DNA of 64,000 nt, taken from contig CAVNZM010000009.1 of the NCBI GenBank assembly GCA_963693365.1, positions 4,165,146 to 4,229,145 on the forward strand, given 5' to 3'. The position numbers and the translations under genes were made by a program. The DNA comes from Amoebidium appalachense. Taxonomy: Eukaryota > Protista > Ichthyosporea. The notes below the pieces were generated by a model that searched no databases, was not told where the DNA came from, and worked only from the letters and a program-made list of their open reading frames with translations. Of this stretch, positions 58,074 to 64,000 are shown piece by piece; position 1 is the first letter of the stretch; each line of letters begins with the position of its first letter.

Positions 58074-60181
58074 CATTTGTATGTGTGTACGTGTGTGTTC
58101 GTAGGTGCTGCACACTACAGAGATCCAGCACATAAAAGTTTACCAAAGCAGCAGGAAAGTTACAATACCTTGGTAGAGTGTGCAATACCTAGGCCTTGGT
58201 AGAGGCACCCAAAGGGGCAGAGGTGAACACTACTTCTCTGCACAACGTCTGCCTTTGTCTAGCACGAGGTCTCGTATACATGCATGCATTCATGCTCTCG
58301 CGTGTCTGCATGTTCCGGCATGAACTTCATACGCCTTGACGAGTACATGCAACCCTCTCAACAGGTGAATGATTTCTCAAGTGTGCCCTTCTCTACGTGT
58401 GAGTATCTCGGTGTGGACACGTGCGGTGGGGTGTATCTTGGTGACGAACAGGGCTGTTGGCGACAACCACATGAGGTGCATGCAGCCCCTACCCTGCACA
58501 CCACCCTCAGCCACGTGTTTCATGACCAGGCCACCACAGCCACTACGAGGCGACCATGGGCTGGAGCACCACTGTCACACACACACACACACACATTCAC
58601 ACGCACACACACACACACACACACACACTCTCTCTCTCTCTCTCTCCCTCCCCCTCCCCCCCCCCCCCCCCCCCCCTCCTCGCCATTCAGCCTCGCACAA
58701 CCATCTTCACACAATAACCCCTCATTAAGTTCCGGTTTGTGTGTAGAATCTAGAGTCATTGCCCGAGGAGATCTGTGTGACTGAAGATAGTGAGCCGAGG
58801 CGATGCGGTTACCCACTTGAACGAGCCTTTCAGCAGACCAGCGCACTTGAACTTGGATGACGTGGAATAAAGAAAACAAAGAAGATAGAAACATGACCTG
58901 AAAGGGGGGGGCGGGGGGGGGGGGGGGGGATCAAACAGTTTTTCCACCCGCGTTTCGTCATCAGAGACCTAAAGAATGGTTCCGTCACAAAGACCTCAGA
59001 TGCCATTGCGAGCTACTTCATCTGGCCATCGTATTTGCAAAGGTTGCTTATGCTAGCAAGAACTGTAGGTGGATGTTTGGACTGAAGGAGGGGCCTTGGC
59101 ATACAGATGCCAACGGGAATTCCTCCCTATAAGCCATCTGTGTGCTTTTCCTATCTCCAGCATATGACGTAAGGTCGAGAACGCCCTGGACATCAATAGC
59201 CGTGCTTGAATGTCTCCAAGTAAGTGAAGGTCAAAGCCATGCCTAATGTGATTGTACTCTTCCACGGGTATGGTTAACACGTGACTGAAAGGACAGCGAA
59301 AAGAAGTGGCACATCATGCAGGTGCTGTGGGGGTGCAAGTCGTAAACATACACAAAACGCATTTATTCTCACATAAGGATTTACTGTACTGGCAAGACTT
59401 TCTCTGTCACAGTGGCTGTGTGCAAGGAGTTCACTGGTTTAAAGCAACCTACGTTCCAGCTGTATTGTGCACCCTTGTACATTTTGACAGCTAGCCATGC
59501 AAACCAGCCCCAACAAAATCCTCCTCTAGGTCATCTTGCAGAAGGCCACCTGTGCCATCGGAAAGGAAAACAGCACCAGCATGCATGAAAAAAAAAAAAA
59601 AAAATGCTAGCCATCCAATCCTGCAGCCCAAACGAGCCAATAGAAAGAAGCTGGTCAGGCAGTGAAACGTTATTAGAGGCGAGGTATCTAGCTGTGAAAC
59701 AATCTGACAGGTACGTCGGAACTGCGAGCACGTGCACAAGGTACCCACAACCAGTCACAGCGTGTCTCTGACAAGAGCCCCGAGCACCGAAAGGGCACAG
59801 TAACCAACAGGGACTTGAGCACATCCAACATCTCGATCACTGTATGGGTAGACACCATCACCAGGCCCTGCCAGTCCACCTCAACACCCCCCATGCATCC
59901 CTATTCACCACGCTACCTATTGCTCAACCGCTAGACATCCTTCGGCACGATGTCGTCAACAAGTTGCTGGTTGATCCCTGCAGCTCGGCAAGCGCATTCA
60001 AAGCTGATGCGTTGCTCTTCAGTGTGAAACACGCCGTCGGGATCGGGAAATGCTAAAACTTCAAGGAACTGGTGATGGTGCATGGACGAAAACGCCATAA
60101 GGTTCTTGAAAGCGCTGATGACAATCTTGCGTCTCTCTTCGGTAGGGATAGCTTTGGTAACCTCGCCCAGAAAATTCCCGA

Positions 60182-60736
60182 CTACGGGCGAACTCGGTTA
60201 GTGCCTCGGTTGTTGTAATTTTTTTTTTGCGCTGCAGATTCTCCCTGGGTTGTCCGCATTCTCGCCCTCTGTTCATCAGCAATGACCTCGAGCACAAAAC
60301 GCACCGAGAGCTTCTGTTCTTGCAACTTGGAGTTTCTCAGCTGGTTCTCGAGGGTGTTGACTCTGTCCTTCGCAGCCCCAACTTCATCCTTCGCAGCCCC
60401 AACTTCATCCTTCGCAGCCACAACTTCATCCTTCGCAGCCACAACTTCAGCCTTCGCAGCCAACGCCTGGCTAAGAGCTGCGTCCTTCGCAGCCACAACT
60501 TCAGCCTTCGCAGCCAACGCCTGGCTAAGAGCTGCGTCCTTCCCAGCCAACGCCTGGCTAACAGCTGCCTCCTTCTCGAAATACAACCGCCGCCAGAACT
60601 CAACTGATGAAGGATCAGAGGTAGTCAGGGTACTAAGGGCACGTGTGCGCCATGAGGCCACAGTACTCACACTACTGATCGTGCATGCGGCGTGGCGCAA
60701 AAGATTGCGCGGTCGCATAAGCAAGGAGACAGCCAT
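60182..60736 (-). CDS. Coiled-coil protein with 7-aa (AAKDEVV/ALSQALA) repeats; possibly pseudogene
   Basis: 184-aa ORF built on 21-bp tandem units at 60367-60570. Confidence 0.45.
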   Translation of the reverse strand: MAVSLLMRPRNLLRHAACTISSVSTVASWRTRALSTLTTSDPSSVEFWRRLYFEKEAAVSQALAGKDAALSQALAAKAEVVAAKDAALSQALAAKAEVVAAKDEVVAAKDEVGAAKDEVGAAKDRVNTLENQLRNSKLQEQKLSVRFVLEVIADEQRARMRTTQGESAAQKKNYNNRGTNRVRP

Positions 60737-60924
60737 TCTTCCAAAGATGTAGTTAGTGCTTTGAAAAGACTACCGTCGATCAGTTACACACTACTGTACA
60801 ATGGGCGGGTCAACGTTAGCTCTAAATGTGGCTGCGTCATCGGATTCGAGGCAATCCGATCTTATTACCAATAAAAGCCGATGCGATCGCGGTTGTCCAA
60901 TCAAGAAGTCCCAATCCCGTAATT

Positions 60925-61186
60925 TTGGACTGCTCCCCCTAGTTGAACAGTTTGGGGGGACTGGTGTAAGGGTTTTTCGGGTCGGGCCGAAGGCCCTATT
61001 GGGCCGCCAGGCCCGGGGACCGGGGGCCCCCCCACCCGGGACCGGGGGCCCCCCCCACCCACGGAGGCCCGGGGGGCCACGGGGGCCCGGCGTTAGTTTA
61101 CCGGGGGGCCACGGGGGCCCGGCGTTAGTTTACCGGGGGGCCACGGGGGCCCGGCGTTAGTTTACTACTAACGCCGGGCCCCCGTG
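60925..61186 (+). mobile_element. Terminus of an element related to the 8.2-kb palindrome, with 3x32-bp repeats and a hairpin
   Basis: ttggactgctccccctagttgaacagtttggggg... matches 8226 onward. 32-bp units at 61069, 61101 and 61133; 20-bp perfect stem 61142-61161/61167-61186. Confidence 0.85.
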
Positions 61187-62021
61187 CTTTTGACGGCAGG
61201 CACCAGCCTGGCCAGCAACCGCTACTTTCTCATTTGATTCGACCGTTGCTTCTTCCCTTAGGGCACTGGTACAATCAACGGACTTTACAACGGTGTGAGC
61301 AATGCCGTTGGTTTGGCCAGCGACCCAGCAACGTGTAACCAACGGTGCAATCACTGATGATGACAATACGTGTAATCAAACGTGCAAGTAGCGCAGTAAA
61401 CGTTGTATCAACGGGGCAAGGTAATGTGTAAGCAACGCATTTGATTGTTAAGCAACACGTTGATTGTACACCCACAATATACATATCCAATGGGTGAGCA
61501 ACGTTGTAAGTAAAAAGCAATCACTGCAGCAAGCCACGTGTAAGTAACGTCCATTCAAGTGTGTAATCACCGGCAGCGGCTACACCGACAGCAACGCAAT
61601 AAAACACACCCTTCACTGCACAGTGACCAGTGAAAGAATGGAGGAACCAACGTGCAAGTGCAGGAGTGGGGGTGACCCGGTCCCCCCCCCCCCCCCCCCC
61701 CCCCCCCCGCGCGGACCGCTTTTCACCCACCCACCCATCGTCTGGGTTCTGCTCACTTTAGATAGACACTTCATACTTCGTTTTTGTTTTATTCACGGAA
61801 GAGACCCGTACAACTGTGCACGTATGCACTTCAATAAATACACACTAGCACCACTGTATGATACAGATACACCAGCACCACAATCCCAAACCCGTGTTAA
61901 GAAACACGTATAACACATGTGCCCCTCGTGTTCAACAACACGCTATAGCTGTTAAGTATCAAGAGATTTTTTTCGTGACGCTGCAACCAAAAAGAGAGAC
62001 AGGATAGACACATGCATGCAA

Positions 62022-62848
62022 TCATTCATCATCCTCTACAGCAGCGGCCTCTACAACAATCCCACACATTTTCATATACTCTTTCACTTCCTCCAAAGGC
62101 ATAGTGGGTTTCCGTGCGTCCTCCAGCCGCTTCTGCTCCTCGGCTGTGAGGGGCTTGCCGTGCTTCTCGCGCATGAGGAGGCCCCCAATGTAAAGGGCCT
62201 CCTGCTGCTTGAACCTAGCCTCCTCCTTGGCCGCCTCGTCATCACTGGGGGGTGGGCTCGGGAAGCTCTCCCAGTCGAGCCTGATTTTCTTGCAGCGGAG
62301 AACTTTCTCATAAAACTTCTTGTCCCCCTTCTCGACCAGCTTGTAGAGTGCAGCGTTGGCAACCACCTTGCGTCGCAGGCGCTGCAGACAAATCATATTT
62401 AGAGCCCGTTACACTTCGCGCCACCATGCTTCGTGACAGAAGTAGATCACAGGCATGGCTTGTCAGGGAAGAAACAGGTATCGGATATCAAACCTTGTCA
62501 AGCACCGGTATAAAGAAGTTTCACTAAACCGAACAAGAACAATAAAGCCCTTCATCATCTAGTACACGTGCCCAAAGACAAGAGGCAACTCACATCGTTC
62601 TGGGTGTTGTACTTCTGGCGCTTGCGCTCAATACGGCGGGTCTCCTCCGCTGACATCTTATTGGCACGGCATCTCATGGTACGCAACGTTTCCCCGATGG
62701 AAGATGACAGCTGCTTGTCCGTGATGCTGGCCGCTTCACCAGTCAAGTGCCCCCGCGCAGAAATGTGGTTGCGCACAGCAGCGACAAACACACCCTTGTC
62801 TGCCTTGTCCATCTTGCCCCAGGTGAAGTCGAGAACATTCTGATCCAT
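62022..62848 (-). CDS. Unknown spliced gene, exons ~62022-62385 and ~62594-62890 (possible transposon accessory protein)
   Basis: Two protein-like ORFs on the same strand separated by a plausible GT..AG intron; no recognised domain. Confidence 0.4.
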
Positions 62849-64000
62849 GTCCTGAAGATGCGCTCTTACGGCGTTGCTAAGGGTGCCCTGAGAAATAGAT
62901 GCGTTAGCTCTCTGTTTTTAAAAGAGGGAAAGCGCGGAAAAACAGGCTACTCAAAGACACACCAAAGCTCACCGGTCTCCATCACTATCGAAGGCACGCC
63001 AAAGCTTTTACTTATGGCATAGCTACCATTCACAAGGCACCCCAAACACGGAGGAGCAGCGACCATAGAGCACAGCAGCAGCAGAACGGCTATTTTTAAC
63101 ATGTCATAAAAGTAGGAATTTCCATTCAAAAGTGGGGGAGGGGGGGGGGGGGACAGTAACCCCTCTTGTATTTATAGCTCAGACACTGGTACAATGATAA
63201 AAGGACTCATCCAGCCACTCACCGTAGGAAGTTCGATCTTTGTCTTGCCATTAGCAGGGATCTTTGGTGCTGGAGCTGGAGCTTGCTGCAGCAGTGAGCT
63301 GAGAGAGCAGTCTGAACGGCAGCCTGGACCATCTCGGCAATGCGCTCTGCCAAGGTGTTGTTCTCCTGCAGTCAACGGGTGTGTCACAATTGGCATTCTG
63401 AATGACGGACCCATTCGCTTCCATCACAACACTTCCTCCAAAGTGAACAAAACACACCAAAAAATTAAAGGGGGGAAGGGGGGGCAACCGTGTACATGCA
63501 AGGGAGATGACTGACAAAACACAAAACGTAAAATCTAGGTAGGGTTTACAGCGGCCTATGCAACCGAATGACCGTATCTTTAAGTTTCTGCATACCCTTG
63601 GCACGGTGTAAAAAAGAAACCCTCACCTCACGGACGATCTTCTGGAACGTGCTCATTACGATGGTCAACGTCTAGACGGCTGGGAAAAGACACACTAACG
63701 CTACACAGGACAGAGGGTAGCTGCAAGAAGAAAAGTCGTGGACACCCTTGTCACACAGTAGCCTTTGTGACCGGGTGGAATAACTACGTCTTGTACGGAC
63801 CTTTTTATAGTGCAGCCTTCAGCACCGGTAGAGCCTATGGCCAACCGCAGCTGGTATACGTTGCTCTCCACAAACTAGTATGGCGTGGTGCATGTGTGTT
63901 ATGTGCGCCATTTTGTTGGTTTGCAAATATGCATGCAGCCTCTAACATAAACACTAAAATGTCAACCACATGTGCTAAGAACGCCCGCCAAAACAAACTG

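Noticed and set aside
59000-60060. Degraded kinase-like coding sequence on the minus strand
   Set aside because: Multiple stops and only a vague 'AHRW..RN' resemblance; not supportable.

Overview
Eukaryotic nuclear DNA with poly-G/C tracts, (GT)n microsatellites and spliceosomal introns. An algal or early-diverging plant host is plausible but cannot be determined from sequence alone. The centre (~9.2-33.4 kb) is an intron-free, gene-dense endogenous DNA-virus segment. It carries Nucleocytoviricota-type genes (A32-like packaging ATPase, VLTF2-like factor, PCNA, fused H2B-H2A histone doublet, P11-like virion protein, minimal DNA ligase, PL14 lyase, SF3 helicase, KilA-N/GIY-YIG family). It also carries a Polinton/PLV-like penton fused to an HNH domain and a degraded ~1,575-codon gene with an IS630/Tc1 DDE transposase core. 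Several of these genes have single frameshifts, and no major capsid or DNA polymerase gene is visible. A 347-bp near-perfect palindrome lies just left of this segment; its arm recurs at 60.9 kb and ends in a hairpin. To the right are a spliced ParB-like plus beta-class amino-methyltransferase gene, nested CATCAGCAATCTT-ended DNA transposons with Plavaka/CACTA-like transposase remnants, and a ~183-bp satellite array. All protein assignments are by motif recognition only; no searches were run.
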